This document shows, in pieces, positions 1 to 10,644 of a stretch of 64,000 bases of DNA. Numbering within the stretch: the first letter of the stretch is position 1; every line of letters starts with the position of its first letter. The translations under genes and the position numbers were made by a program. The stretch comes from Tolypothrix carrinoi HA7290-LM1 (GTDB lineage: Bacteria > Cyanobacteriota > Cyanobacteriia > Cyanobacteriales > Nostocaceae). The DNA lies in contig JAHHIK010000002.1 in assembly GCA_019358935.1 (NCBI GenBank), positions 96,001-160,000 of the forward strand, read 5' to 3'. The notes under the pieces are model-generated. The model searched no databases and was not told the DNA's origin. It saw only the letters and a list, made by a program, of their open reading frames with translations.

Positions 1-771
1 TTGTAGTATGCCTAGCTTTGAGAGAGTGTAATAATATATTGATTCTGTAAATCCACGATGTTCATAATCTGGATAGAATTCTACAGAAAAATTGCATTTG
101 TGAGAAGTTACATGCTGTTTTATTTTTGAGAGTACCAATACATCTTCTTCAGCATAAGGATTGCTGTTTACTCGCTTATAAGCCCAGTTATACAAATACT
201 TGGGTGATGTTGGTTCGTGGAGCAATATGATTTTTCCTTGAGGTTTTAGCACCCTTATCATTTCATTAAGAGTTTTACTAAAATCATTTTTTTCGCCAAA
301 GTGATGAAATGCTTCAAAGGCGAAAATCCTATCAAATTGCTCTGCTTCAAATGGAAGTTCACAGCAGTGAAAAACCCACTTTTCATCAAGGTGGGTATTC
401 AAAATTTTTTCAAATTTTTCTGTATATTGCAAATTTGAAAGTATCAAGTCGCTGCCAACTACATAGGTATTTGGATACTCTCTTTTAATTAAGGCGCTTG
501 CCCAACAGAAGCCACCTCCCATTTCTAATATAGTTTCATTCCCAGACAGTTGCAGCCGCGACATAAGTTTGCTAAAGGTATTAATAGAAGGCGATCTGAA
601 GGCGATCGCATCGAATATGTCATTTCCTTTATGATTCTGAACAGCTCTAAATTCCTCAAAATTCTTATGGGCTACAATTTCTTTTTGGTCACTTTCTGTA
701 AGAATAGCATCGTTTAAATAATATAAAATTCCTTCATGTTCGCGAAAATTGTTATTACGCACAGTAAGCAT
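1..771 (-). CDS. Class I SAM-dependent methyltransferase, 3' end runs off the window
   Basis: Not in the ORF track; translated by hand. ATG at 769-771 with GGAG 8 nt upstream. Reads MLTVRNNNFREHEG...TILEIGGGFCWAS...ELPFEAEQFDRIFAFEAFHHF...EMIRVLKPQGKI (motif I, post-II and LKPxG). Open to position 1. Confidence 0.8.
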   Translation of the reverse strand, partial: MLTVRNNNFREHEGILYYLNDAILTESDQKEIVAHKNFEEFRAVQNHKGNDIFDAIAFRSPSINTFSKLMSRLQLSGNETILEMGGGFCWASALIKREYPNTYVVGSDLILSNLQYTEKFEKILNTHLDEKWVFHCCELPFEAEQFDRIFAFEAFHHFGEKNDFSKTLNEMIRVLKPQGKIILLHEPTSPKYLYNWAYKRVNSNPYAEEDVLVLSKIKQHVTSHKCNFSVEFYPDYEHRGFTESIYYYTLSKLGILQ

Positions 772-1136
772 ATCAGCGTCTCCATTAGTTAAAATATATA
801 TATATTCTACCGTATATTTTTTTACCTTCCTATTAACATTTATGAAAAAAACTGCATTAACCTAATTAATAATTATTAATTCATAATTCATAATTAAAAA
901 GGGTTTAATTCCCCTGCCTCCTATAAGCTTTCCTGTTACATCGGGGCTTTAAATTCACATGGGTAACATAATTATGAATTATAAATTATTAATTATAAAT
1001 TTTTCAATAGCGCATTCATTCGCGGTAAATAAAATATGGAAACGCGCACCAAAAATAGACGTGGCGAATTTATTTGAAATACTTTTCTCACGTCTAATTT
1101 GTTTATTAACGCCTGCAAATATGCCTTGTTTTTTGT

Positions 1137-2279
1137 TTAAGTTAAAGGCAAAGCATTAACTTCAGAAACATTTGACACCGCATGAAGGGCATTTATAAAG
1201 TTTTGGGCGTAACGTTGGGTAGAAAAATCGAGGGCACGTTGTCGCGCTGCGACTGCGGCATTACGGGCAAATTCTTGGTCGTCAAGATAACGGAGAATTG
1301 CGATCGCTAATGCATCCGCATCACCATAAGGCGTTAACAGCCCATTTAAGCCGTCGGTAATTATCTCAGTCGGTCCGCCAGCATTGCCAGCAATCACGGG
1401 TTTGCCTAACGCCATTGCCTCGATAACCACCAAACCAAACGGTTCGTTATCAGAAGCATGAACAAATACGTCCATTGCTTGCATCCATTCTGGGACATTG
1501 CGCTGTAGCCCGACTGCCAGAACGCGATCGCTTAAGTCCAATGCTGTGATTTTCTCTTTTAAAAAGTCCTCATAATCCGGTTCCAAATCGTGCTTACCCC
1601 CAACTACCACGCAATGGGCATCGGGATACTTCTGCAAGACTTTCGGCATTGCCTCGACAACAACGTGCATTCCCTTCCAGCGTTGCAATCGCCCGACAAT
1701 TCCAATTAAAGGTCCATCCAACGGCAAACCCAGCTTTGAGCGCATCGTGGCTGGAGTTGGCAGAACAGCCGGATCGAAACGGTCTAGCGCCACCCCTGGA
1801 TGCACTAAATATACTGGGGTTTTCGGTAATATTTGTGACTGCGCCGATTGAATAGCTTTAGTAATTGTGACTACACCACGCGCTGGCATCAAATTGACCA
1901 GGCGCTTTAAAAAGCTTTTATTATCTGGAATTTCCTGCTGATACCACAGTGCAGGTATGCCAGCCAGCAGCGCTGCCAGCCCTCCCGTGAGGTGAGATAG
2001 CCACATCCAGCTGACGATAACATCTACACGTTCGCGCTTGATTATAGAAGCTATCTTGGCTGCGGTAGCGACTAAACGGTGCAATTCGCGCACGCGACTA
2101 CCAAGCACAACTATAGCGGAAATACCAAGCGATCGCACTTGCTCTACCAACGGACCGTCTTCACTGAAAATTACCAACCATTCGACATCCGCATGTCGTC
2201 CTTGTTGCAGCAAGTCCCAGAAAGTCATTTCACTTCCGCCGCGTTGTTCAGCCAGTGGCATTAGGATAGCAACTTTCAT
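1137..2279 (-). CDS. Glycosyltransferase family 4 (GT-B)
   Basis: GRLQRWKG and EPFGLVVIEAMALGKPVI motifs; 4-nt overlap with upstream gene. Confidence 0.9.
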   Translation of the reverse strand: MKVAILMPLAEQRGGSEMTFWDLLQQGRHADVEWLVIFSEDGPLVEQVRSLGISAIVVLGSRVRELHRLVATAAKIASIIKRERVDVIVSWMWLSHLTGGLAALLAGIPALWYQQEIPDNKSFLKRLVNLMPARGVVTITKAIQSAQSQILPKTPVYLVHPGVALDRFDPAVLPTPATMRSKLGLPLDGPLIGIVGRLQRWKGMHVVVEAMPKVLQKYPDAHCVVVGGKHDLEPDYEDFLKEKITALDLSDRVLAVGLQRNVPEWMQAMDVFVHASDNEPFGLVVIEAMALGKPVIAGNAGGPTEIITDGLNGLLTPYGDADALAIAILRYLDDQEFARNAAVAARQRALDFSTQRYAQNFINALHAVSNVSEVNALPLT

Positions 2280-3754
2280 GTAATTGACCTCTGATTAAGT
2301 ACAGTCATGCCTTGAGATTGATTCGGCGTAGTAATTCCTTGATGCTGATAGTACTTATGCGCTCCCATAGCCATAGCCAAAAATCCCCAAAGAATCATCC
2401 CTGCTATACTTAGCATTCCGCTACCAATAATTAACTGGGCAAAGGCACTGATACCAATGGCGCGGGCAGCACTCACAAAACTGTCGAAACGGGACTCTGT
2501 ATATTTTAAAACTTGATAAATTATCAAGATTAGCCCACCCAGATAAGGGATGGCTCCAAACCAGCCTAGGGTGAAAAACATATCTAAAATGCCACTGTCA
2601 ATGACAAATACTTCTATTTGACCAGTTTTTTCGTTGACTTTCCAAGTATTTCCAAACCCATTACCCAGAGTGTTAGAAAGGGCTACACTCAGGTTTCTGT
2701 CATAGCTGCTCGATCTATCCTTAAAGCTGCCATCTTCTTGAAGATTGGTAAAACTTTCAACACGTTTTGATACAACAGAGGAAATTGGCTCAATAGTCAG
2801 CAATGGCGCAACACACACTATCATCACCAAAATTATGGTAATTAAGCGCATTTGAATCCGCGCTTTTACCGAACCCATAATCATAATCATTCCGAATAAC
2901 CAGCCCCCCCAATTGGTACGTGTTTGTGCAAGTAGAAACGACAAGTAGCCAGCTGCTGAGGCAGGAAAAATTAAAGGTCCCGATCTGGTGAACAATAACA
3001 GCAAACCAGCCTGCATTGTCGCACCAAACGGACCAATGGAGTGCATTGTACTCCAGACGCGCATCCCGAAAGGTTCAGGGTTTCCAGAACTGCTAGTCTG
3101 TAGTGATTTGACGAGCCAGTACCTGTCCCACTCAGGAGCTACCACGAATTGATATATACCGTAAACTCCTAAAATTAATACGCACCAGAGGAATGTGCGC
3201 TGAATGTTTTGGCGATAACTAGGATAATCTCGCCAGTTAATAAATAAGTGAAAACCGAAGAGGAGGGGAGTTAGCCAGTCCAGAAGGCTGCGTGCCACCG
3301 GAACCGGTTGGTTGTGAACCAGTCCAATGAGAAAGCCATAGAACACCCCTGCAAAAGCCAAAATAAAAGGTAAGCCACCTTGACGATAGGCACTAGGAAG
3401 GTAACGGAATAAGGTGGCTATGGAAACGAACACCACTAAATAAGGTGCTACGAGCATCTGACGAGTAAAGTCCCAGCCAACTTGAAGGTCAACTAAGCGG
3501 GTAAATAACGCCGAGAGAAACCACATCCACCACGTAAAGCCTAGATAGAGAATCGGATGCCGCAAATAGAGGAATATGGCTGTTACAAAAGCTGCTATCG
3601 GATAGATTAAGCGCAGACTGGCAGTAGGACCAACGTAGCACGCTAAACAAATCAGTAAAAAGCCAAAAATTACTATCCAACCTTGTAGCGATCGCTCTTC
3701 TGGAGAATAATTTTGTTTCAAAAAAGGATTAAAAAGTATCTGCTTGGAAGTCAC
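2276..3754 (-). CDS. O-antigen ligase/polymerase (Wzy/WaaL)-like multi-pass membrane protein of the HEP cluster
   Basis: Many TM segments; LLAQTRTNWGG and DSGILDMFFTLGWFG motifs; position matches the distal gene of Anabaena-type HEP islands. Confidence 0.7.
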   Translation of the reverse strand: MTSKQILFNPFLKQNYSPEERSLQGWIVIFGFLLICLACYVGPTASLRLIYPIAAFVTAIFLYLRHPILYLGFTWWMWFLSALFTRLVDLQVGWDFTRQMLVAPYLVVFVSIATLFRYLPSAYRQGGLPFILAFAGVFYGFLIGLVHNQPVPVARSLLDWLTPLLFGFHLFINWRDYPSYRQNIQRTFLWCVLILGVYGIYQFVVAPEWDRYWLVKSLQTSSSGNPEPFGMRVWSTMHSIGPFGATMQAGLLLLFTRSGPLIFPASAAGYLSFLLAQTRTNWGGWLFGMIMIMGSVKARIQMRLITIILVMIVCVAPLLTIEPISSVVSKRVESFTNLQEDGSFKDRSSSYDRNLSVALSNTLGNGFGNTWKVNEKTGQIEVFVIDSGILDMFFTLGWFGAIPYLGGLILIIYQVLKYTESRFDSFVSAARAIGISAFAQLIIGSGMLSIAGMILWGFLAMAMGAHKYYQHQGITTPNQSQGMTVLNQRSIT

Positions 3755-4731
3755 TGTACATCTCCAGGGTGCAGGTAGTTTGTTGAGAAGTTTTTCAAAT
3801 TATAGTGCTGTTGCCATGTCTGCCAACCCTGAATTCGTCCCCGTAGAGATGCCAGCCACTTCTTAGATGCCAATTTTCCTTCACTGGGTAGCAATCGCAA
3901 CCACTGTACAAAACCGAGCGCTTCTCGCGTACCGATTAATGTTGCCCAAACTACAAATACAATACGTTGCACTGATGAAAAGTATTCTAGTAAAGCTAAA
4001 GTTTCATTATGTACGGCATTGCTCCAAGCGATGTCATTAAAATTATCTCGCTGGTCTTCATCAAAACGCTGTGCGGGATAGTGATCCACTGCGACCAACG
4101 GATCGAAAATAATTTTCCACCCCGCTCGTCTCAACGGCAGGGTGAATGCCAATTCAAAATGTACTTGGGCACCAGTACCTAGCATCCGCTCATCATAGCG
4201 CACTTTTTTCAGGGCGCAAAAGCGAAAACTCATATTTACTCCCTTGAGTACGTCTACCTCGCGGGCTGATCCGACACCCAAGTGATGATTGCCAATCACC
4301 CGTCCAAACCACTGCACCCGACCGACACAGAAGCGATCGCCTACTTCTTTTATTTGAGTACCTATGTACTGCCAGTCGCGTCCACCCACAGCACCGATGC
4401 TGCTATCTGACAAAAAGTAAGCTTCGATACGTTGCAGCCAATCAGCGTGTGGTGCAGCATCGTCATCGGTAGTGGCAACGATATCTGCCTGCGCGACATC
4501 CAAACCTGCATTCATCGCTGCTACTACTCCCGGAACTTTCACGGTTACGGTGCGTAGTGGCAGCGAATCAAGGTTAAAGGTTTGCAAAAATGTCCAAGTT
4601 TCCGCATCAATATCACGCACCGTCACCAATACTTCATCTGCTTGCCGAGTTTGCTTTTTCAGCGCTTCCAGGCAACGCATCAGGTCTAGAGGTCGGCGAT
4701 AGGTGGGTATGAGAACGGTGATACTGGTCAT
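3751..4731 (-). CDS. Glycosyltransferase family 2
   Basis: N-terminal VLIPTYRR and TDDD (DxD) motif. Confidence 0.9.
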   Translation of the reverse strand: MTSITVLIPTYRRPLDLMRCLEALKKQTRQADEVLVTVRDIDAETWTFLQTFNLDSLPLRTVTVKVPGVVAAMNAGLDVAQADIVATTDDDAAPHADWLQRIEAYFLSDSSIGAVGGRDWQYIGTQIKEVGDRFCVGRVQWFGRVIGNHHLGVGSAREVDVLKGVNMSFRFCALKKVRYDERMLGTGAQVHFELAFTLPLRRAGWKIIFDPLVAVDHYPAQRFDEDQRDNFNDIAWSNAVHNETLALLEYFSSVQRIVFVVWATLIGTREALGFVQWLRLLPSEGKLASKKWLASLRGRIQGWQTWQQHYNLKNFSTNYLHPGDVQ

Positions 4732-5851
4732 TTACTAACTCCTCAAATAAATCGACATAGCTTTGAGCTTTACTAGTCCAAGTATTTTGTTCTGCTATGG
4801 TGCGGGCAGCTTGACCCATTTTTTGCCGGAGATGGCGATCGCTTTTTAAAATACTCAGTGCTTCTGCCAATGCGTTGGTATCATCGGAGTCTGCCAAAAC
4901 AAATCCACAATCTGGTGTCACTATTTCTGCACCCCCTGCTGTGGTTGCGGTAATTACAGGTAGTCCTGATGCCATTGCTTCCATCATAACTAGGGTGCAA
5001 GCTTCGTAACGTGACGGAAATACGAATAAATCCGCTGTTTGCATAATTTGAGCAATGTCGCGCCGAAATCCCAAAAAGTGTACTCGCTCGCTTAAGGATA
5101 GCGATGCTGCTAGTTGAGGATAAGGACTACCAGCGGTATCACCGACAACTGCTAAGTGTACCTCCGGAACTTGTACTAAGGCATGTAATACTGTATCCAA
5201 GTTCTTGCGATTGGTACGGATATCGCCGGCGAAAAGCGCTAGAGTTACATCGGATGGTAGACCGAATTTTTGCCGATCTGTAGTACCTGGAACAAACTCT
5301 TCCACATCCACACCATTCAAAATCACGCGAATGCGATCGCTTGAGATTCCTACGTCCTCTACCAATTCATTTTTGATTTTCTCAGATACTGCCACCGACA
5401 CTTTCGCTTGACGAAATGCCTTTTTTTCCCAATAGCTGTTTAAATTTGTGTACAGCCAATGGTAAGCACCATAAATATTACGGTTTACTCGTGATGTATG
5501 TACAGGCGATCGCAACCAAGAAGTGTGTACAAACTGCGATGTATTTACGTCTCCTTTCTCCGAAGTAATCGCCCCGTACACTTGTACTAAATCAAATTCA
5601 TGGCGATGTTTACGCAACCAAGCAGCGCTGTGCCGAGAAAACATCATTTCCCGCACAAGTTGCGTTGGAAAATTTTCAACTTGAAAATAAACCCAATTAA
5701 CCTGGCTATTTTCCTGTAGTTCCGGAGCTACTTTTCTTGCTACTAAAGTGACGTGGTGTCCGCGACGAATCGCTTCCCAGACAATCTCATAGTTTGCCCG
5801 ACCTTGACCATCACCTTTAATCACATATGGCGTAACAATACAAAGTTTCAC
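4634..5851 (-). CDS. Glycosyltransferase family 4; C-terminus reads about 98 nt into the next gene
   Basis: FPSRYEACTLVMMEAMASGLPVI; GTG start; the expected stop near 4728 is out of frame. Confidence 0.85.
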   Translation of the reverse strand: MKLCIVTPYVIKGDGQGRANYEIVWEAIRRGHHVTLVARKVAPELQENSQVNWVYFQVENFPTQLVREMMFSRHSAAWLRKHRHEFDLVQVYGAITSEKGDVNTSQFVHTSWLRSPVHTSRVNRNIYGAYHWLYTNLNSYWEKKAFRQAKVSVAVSEKIKNELVEDVGISSDRIRVILNGVDVEEFVPGTTDRQKFGLPSDVTLALFAGDIRTNRKNLDTVLHALVQVPEVHLAVVGDTAGSPYPQLAASLSLSERVHFLGFRRDIAQIMQTADLFVFPSRYEACTLVMMEAMASGLPVITATTAGGAEIVTPDCGFVLADSDDTNALAEALSILKSDRHLRQKMGQAARTIAEQNTWTSKAQSYVDLFEELVNDQYHRSHTHLSPTSRPDALPGSAEKANSASR

Positions 5852-5934
5852 AAACCACCTTCCTTTAAAATTAATTGATGACCGTGCAGTTCTTTTTTCA
5901 CCCAGTTAGAAATTTCTAACTCTAATCAACTTAA

Positions 5935-6924
5935 TTATTTCGCTCCTCCTAATAATTGATTGGCTAAACGTTGCGGAGTAAAGCTAAGAGTAAGTGCTGC
6001 TATAGTTCGCAAATTAAACTTTTGTTCGTTAATTGCACACCAAAGATAAGAACGTGCTTCTGCTACCTGTTTAGTTCGCATCAAACCAATAGCCAAAGTT
6101 GTATTAGCTTCTAACCATTTTTGCCTAAAGTATGGCTTAAACTCATTTAACCTCGCATCTTCCATAAACCGCTTATAACAAAATATTTCATTTTGTGCTT
6201 TCCGGATTTTTGCTTGAGCATTTCGACTACCACTTTGCATAGTATCAGTTTGCTCATGAGCACGATAACGAGTTAGTCGTTCTGGATAATAATAAGTTCC
6301 ATGACCAGAAATACAGCAGATGTATGTTAAATATATATCCCACATACCGCCAACTTCAGGAGGAATACTATCCCAATCAACAAAATCATTGCGAATCACA
6401 CAAGCTGCGGCAGTGGGTATACTTTTATCTACTAACCCGATTTTGACTAAATTTTGATGAACTCCTTGTGCAAGCTGGTCACGTTTATAACTGCGTGTAT
6501 TTCCTTGGGTACCAACATAATCAATTACGCCATTTGCATCTATAATATATTGATCGCAAAAAGCTAAAATTAAATCTGGATGTTCTTCTAATGGCGGAAT
6601 AAGCTTTTCTAAAAAGTCTTCGTTCCACATATCATCGTCGTGGAGACTAGCAACGTATTTTCCTCGTGCCATTTTAAATGCGTGCATTTGATTAGCAAAC
6701 ATGCCTTTATTTTCTGGCTGTCTCCAATATCGAATGCGTGTGTCACGAAAAGATTGAACTATTTCTTGAGTATTATCCGTACTACAATTATCAGAAATAA
6801 TAATTTCAATATTTTTATAAGTTTGTTTAATAGCACTAGCAACTGATTGCTTCAGATAATTTGGTCGATTATAGGTGGGAATAATAACGCTAACTAAAGG
6901 TTGTTGGCATTCGTCTTTTAACAT
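5935..6924 (-). CDS. Glycosyltransferase family 2 (HEP cluster)
   Basis: VSVIIPTYNR, SDNCS and LHDDD motifs. Confidence 0.9.
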   Translation of the reverse strand: MLKDECQQPLVSVIIPTYNRPNYLKQSVASAIKQTYKNIEIIISDNCSTDNTQEIVQSFRDTRIRYWRQPENKGMFANQMHAFKMARGKYVASLHDDDMWNEDFLEKLIPPLEEHPDLILAFCDQYIIDANGVIDYVGTQGNTRSYKRDQLAQGVHQNLVKIGLVDKSIPTAAACVIRNDFVDWDSIPPEVGGMWDIYLTYICCISGHGTYYYPERLTRYRAHEQTDTMQSGSRNAQAKIRKAQNEIFCYKRFMEDARLNEFKPYFRQKWLEANTTLAIGLMRTKQVAEARSYLWCAINEQKFNLRTIAALTLSFTPQRLANQLLGGAK

Positions 6925-7160
6925 ATTTCCTCCCGATTTTTTTTGCGAAAAACAGTATTTAATTTATTATTCTGCACCCAAGTGACCTATTTTGCATTTA
7001 TCTGCTAGATTTTTTTTGAATTTATATGTATCTTGATGAGCTTTTAACGCTTTCACCGTTGATGATTTATTTAAACTTTAACATTCAATCATCACAGCAA
7101 TTGTTCATAATTAAAATGCGATTACTAGAGATTAATTACACTTAATTCTGAACAGATAAC

Positions 7161-8147
7161 TCATTCAAATTTCTGCGTACCTAGCGCTCGATTTGTAAAT
7201 GATGGCATAAAAGTTAATAACATTGCCCCTATGCTTCTTAGACTCCGTTTTTTATTCTTTATCACATGCCAAAAATGAGAACGTGCAGCTATTGGTTGTT
7301 TAGCTTGCAGCAAACTCATCCCCAAACTGTATCTTGCTTCTAACAATCTGCGGTGAAAATATGGATGCAATTCATGTAACCTTGCATCTTTGATAAATTG
7401 CTCGTAGCAAAATATCTGATTATTTGCTTTGCGAATTCTCACTTGTGCATCGTCAGTCCTTGTATCCGATTGCTCATGTGTGCGAAATCGCGCTAGTTTC
7501 TCTGGATAATAGTAAGCTCCAAGACCAGAACGGCAACAGAGATAATTTAGATACAAATCGTAGCAACCCCCAGCCTCAACTGGAAATGCATCCCAGTCCA
7601 CAACATCTTTACGAATAACCGCAGCAACAACGCTTGCTACAGACATATCTACTATTCCCTGCTCGTAAAAAGGTTGGTAAACACCTTCTTTTAAATTGTC
7701 CCTTTTAAATACCTGCGAACAATATTCTGTGTGAGCATAATCTATTTCGCTATCAGCATTCATCATGTAGTGATCGCAAAAAGCTAAAGCCAAATTAGAA
7801 TCAGCTTCTAGAGGAGGAACAAGCTTTTCTAAAAAGTTCTTTTCCCAGATATCATCGTCGTGGAGACTGGCAACATATTTTCCTCGTGCCATTTTAAAGC
7901 CGTTGATAATATTAGCAACCATTCCTAAGTTTTGAGAATTTCGCCAAAAGCGAATTCGTGAATCATCAAAAGCATCAACTATTGGTTGGGGATTTACGCT
8001 GCTACAGTTATCACAAACAATGATTTCAATATTTTGATAAGTTTGTTGAACTGCACTAGCGATCGCTTGCTTAAGATATTCTGGACGATTATATGTTGGG
8101 ATAATAACACTGACTAAAGGCTGATAATTTTCGGTATTATGTAACAT
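7161..8147 (-). CDS. Glycosyltransferase family 2, paralog of the adjacent gene
   Basis: VSVIIPTYNR and FKMARGKYVASLHDDD, identical to 5935-6924. Confidence 0.9.
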   Translation of the reverse strand: MLHNTENYQPLVSVIIPTYNRPEYLKQAIASAVQQTYQNIEIIVCDNCSSVNPQPIVDAFDDSRIRFWRNSQNLGMVANIINGFKMARGKYVASLHDDDIWEKNFLEKLVPPLEADSNLALAFCDHYMMNADSEIDYAHTEYCSQVFKRDNLKEGVYQPFYEQGIVDMSVASVVAAVIRKDVVDWDAFPVEAGGCYDLYLNYLCCRSGLGAYYYPEKLARFRTHEQSDTRTDDAQVRIRKANNQIFCYEQFIKDARLHELHPYFHRRLLEARYSLGMSLLQAKQPIAARSHFWHVIKNKKRSLRSIGAMLLTFMPSFTNRALGTQKFE

Positions 8148-8246
8148 GTTTTACCTACTCTTGTTTAATTAGTCAAAGCAATACACTTAATAATGAAGTA
8201 TTTTAGTACATACCAAAGCACTATATTCTAATTAAATTAAGTCAAA

Positions 8247-9407
8247 TCAGAACTCCAATATAGTATTTTCATAAATTTTTTGCAGATGCTTTACATGAAC
8301 ATCCATTGTAAATTCTTTCATAAACAAAGCATGACCTTGTTCGCCTAGACAAACGCACTTTTGATAATTTGTAGATAAATCAGTAATTGCATCGGAAAGC
8401 TTTTTAATATCATTTGCTGTCACAAGAATACCTGTTTTTCCATCTTGTAAATGTTCTGGTATACCTCCTACTGCACCTGCAATTACAGGTCGATAACGAG
8501 CATAAGCTTCAAGAGTTACAAGACCAGCAGGCTCGGGCCAGACACTGGGAAAAATTACCGTAAAACATTCTTGATACAGTCTATTTAATTTGTCACTATC
8601 ACACCAGCCATGCCATACGATACGGTTAGTTAATCCGAGTTTTTCAGCTAACCTTTCCAAGCGGGGTCTATCCCATCCTTCACCTGCAATATCAAGCTGA
8701 ATTCGCGGATTTGTATGTACTAAAGTTTTCAGCAACCATTCTAACCCTTTATCAGGAACAATGCGTCCGACAAACAACATTCTCTGATTTTTATGTGTTT
8801 TTAGAGTCAGCGGTGAAGTGGCAGTTTGCGGAATGGGTATACCACAGCGCAGAGTTACAGTTTGCTCGGATGGCACACCATTTTTAATTAACTCTCGCCT
8901 TACATAATCACTATTAGCAATGAAAGTAACTTTTATTTTTTTTAAAATATTTTGTAGACGCTGAGTTTCTTTAAATTCATCAATAACTCTTGACGGTTTG
9001 CGGCTACCACATTTGTCTATTAGCTTGCCCCAGGTACATCCTAAATAAGAGAATTTTCGTTGACAAATAGTGTTTTGTTCTGCTAAATATTTTGTGCCAC
9101 TAGGACAGTAGAAAGAGTGATTGTGAACTGTAAAGATAACGGGACATTCACCTGTAATATCTAATAGAAAATCTGGACTATGTAGGTGGAGCAATTTGAA
9201 CTGGCTTTGGTCAATATTTTTTAAGTTTTTAATTACGCGATCGCTCACACCAGGTATCTGATAATTCATCAGAGAAGTTAAATAAGTTTCTGCTCCTCCT
9301 TTGCCACCTACATGAAAACTAGAGCATTGATAAATTAGATTTTTATCAAAATTTTCCTGGCTCAATTTTTTTTTGTTTGGCTCCGCACTATTAGTTAATA
9401 CCATCAC
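8247..9407 (-). CDS. Glycosyltransferase family 4
   Basis: FVGRIVPDKG and PSVWPEPAGLVTLEA motifs. Confidence 0.9.
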   Translation of the reverse strand: MMVLTNSAEPNKKKLSQENFDKNLIYQCSSFHVGGKGGAETYLTSLMNYQIPGVSDRVIKNLKNIDQSQFKLLHLHSPDFLLDITGECPVIFTVHNHSFYCPSGTKYLAEQNTICQRKFSYLGCTWGKLIDKCGSRKPSRVIDEFKETQRLQNILKKIKVTFIANSDYVRRELIKNGVPSEQTVTLRCGIPIPQTATSPLTLKTHKNQRMLFVGRIVPDKGLEWLLKTLVHTNPRIQLDIAGEGWDRPRLERLAEKLGLTNRIVWHGWCDSDKLNRLYQECFTVIFPSVWPEPAGLVTLEAYARYRPVIAGAVGGIPEHLQDGKTGILVTANDIKKLSDAITDLSTNYQKCVCLGEQGHALFMKEFTMDVHVKHLQKIYENTILEF

Positions 9408-9461
9408 TTTTAAGCACTTATATTTCCTTATTTTTCACTAAAACTTATTTTTTTGAACTAG

Positions 9462-10622
9462 CTATAAATAATTGTCAAAGATTTGACATAAATTCTGTTT
9501 GTAAAGTTCCTGGGTATATGTAACGGCAGTATTTCTCGCTGCTTTACTCATTTCTATGCGAATCGATTCGTTAGCAGCTAAAAAATCTAGTTTTTCGGTA
9601 ATAGCTTTTTCGTCTCTGGGTGGTACAATAAATCCATTAACGCCATCTTCAATCAAGTCAGCAGCACCGCAATGAGAAGTGACAATTACAGGAAGTCCGC
9701 ACGCCATTGCTTCGAGTGCTACCAATCCAAAACCATCTTCAACAGAAGGCAAAATGAATACTGAACACCGACTAAAGACTTGTTGGGGATCTTGGCTATT
9801 AAAATTCCAAAACTCTTGTTTAATATGAGAATTTTGACTTAGTGTTTTCTCTACTAAAAGTCGCATTTTACGAGTCGATGTACCTCCAACTAATAACAAT
9901 TCAGAATTAGGTATTTTAGCTTGCAAAAAGGCAGGAATTAAATACTGAACACCTTTACGCGGTTCAATAGTACCTACATAAAGTGCGCGAAAAGTGGAGT
10001 CCGTTTTAGGAGAGGGATAAAACCTTTCAGTATTAATAAATGGAGGAAGAACAGTAATCTTATCTGCCGGAAACCCTGCATCAATAAATGTTTGTTTGGC
10101 AACCTTTGAAAGAACGACGATTAAATCAGCTTGTTTGCACTCCTGTGAAAATCGTTGCAGCATCTTTGGATTCATGGTTGCTACAGTAGATTCTCCAAGA
10201 AACTGTAGTTCTTGCTGAATTTGCTCTTGCATGAAGGGGAGATAATTATTGAGGCAATATAGCCAAGCCTTGGCACCTTTTGCTTTAGCTGTTTTAAAAG
10301 CTAGATGAGTTTGACCTGCTACCCCCATAATTAAATCGCAGGGAAGGAGTTGTAATTTTTTGCTTACTTGTTTGTCAAAATATAAATCGCTCAACAGTAC
10401 AGCCCAATCATTGCGACGACGCAGCAGCGGTGTAGCAAGTAATCGTCTGCTCGATGCAGAATAACCGACGGGATAAACTGAGAAATCGGTTTGAGGTGTT
10501 TTAACATCTGCACAAATTACAGTTAAATCTGCTAGTTCGTTAAAACCTGCTGCTGCATTTGCTAAACAAACTCCCTGTCCTCCTGTACCTAAGCCTGTGT
10601 TGCAAGTGAGAATAACTTTCAT
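9462..10622 (-). CDS. Glycosyltransferase family 4
   Basis: YVGTIEPRKG and PSVEDGFGLVALEAMACGLPVI motifs. Confidence 0.9.
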   Translation of the reverse strand: MKVILTCNTGLGTGGQGVCLANAAAGFNELADLTVICADVKTPQTDFSVYPVGYSASSRRLLATPLLRRRNDWAVLLSDLYFDKQVSKKLQLLPCDLIMGVAGQTHLAFKTAKAKGAKAWLYCLNNYLPFMQEQIQQELQFLGESTVATMNPKMLQRFSQECKQADLIVVLSKVAKQTFIDAGFPADKITVLPPFINTERFYPSPKTDSTFRALYVGTIEPRKGVQYLIPAFLQAKIPNSELLLVGGTSTRKMRLLVEKTLSQNSHIKQEFWNFNSQDPQQVFSRCSVFILPSVEDGFGLVALEAMACGLPVIVTSHCGAADLIEDGVNGFIVPPRDEKAITEKLDFLAANESIRIEMSKAARNTAVTYTQELYKQNLCQIFDNYL

Positions 10623-10644
10623 GATTAACTTTTTACATTGTCAG

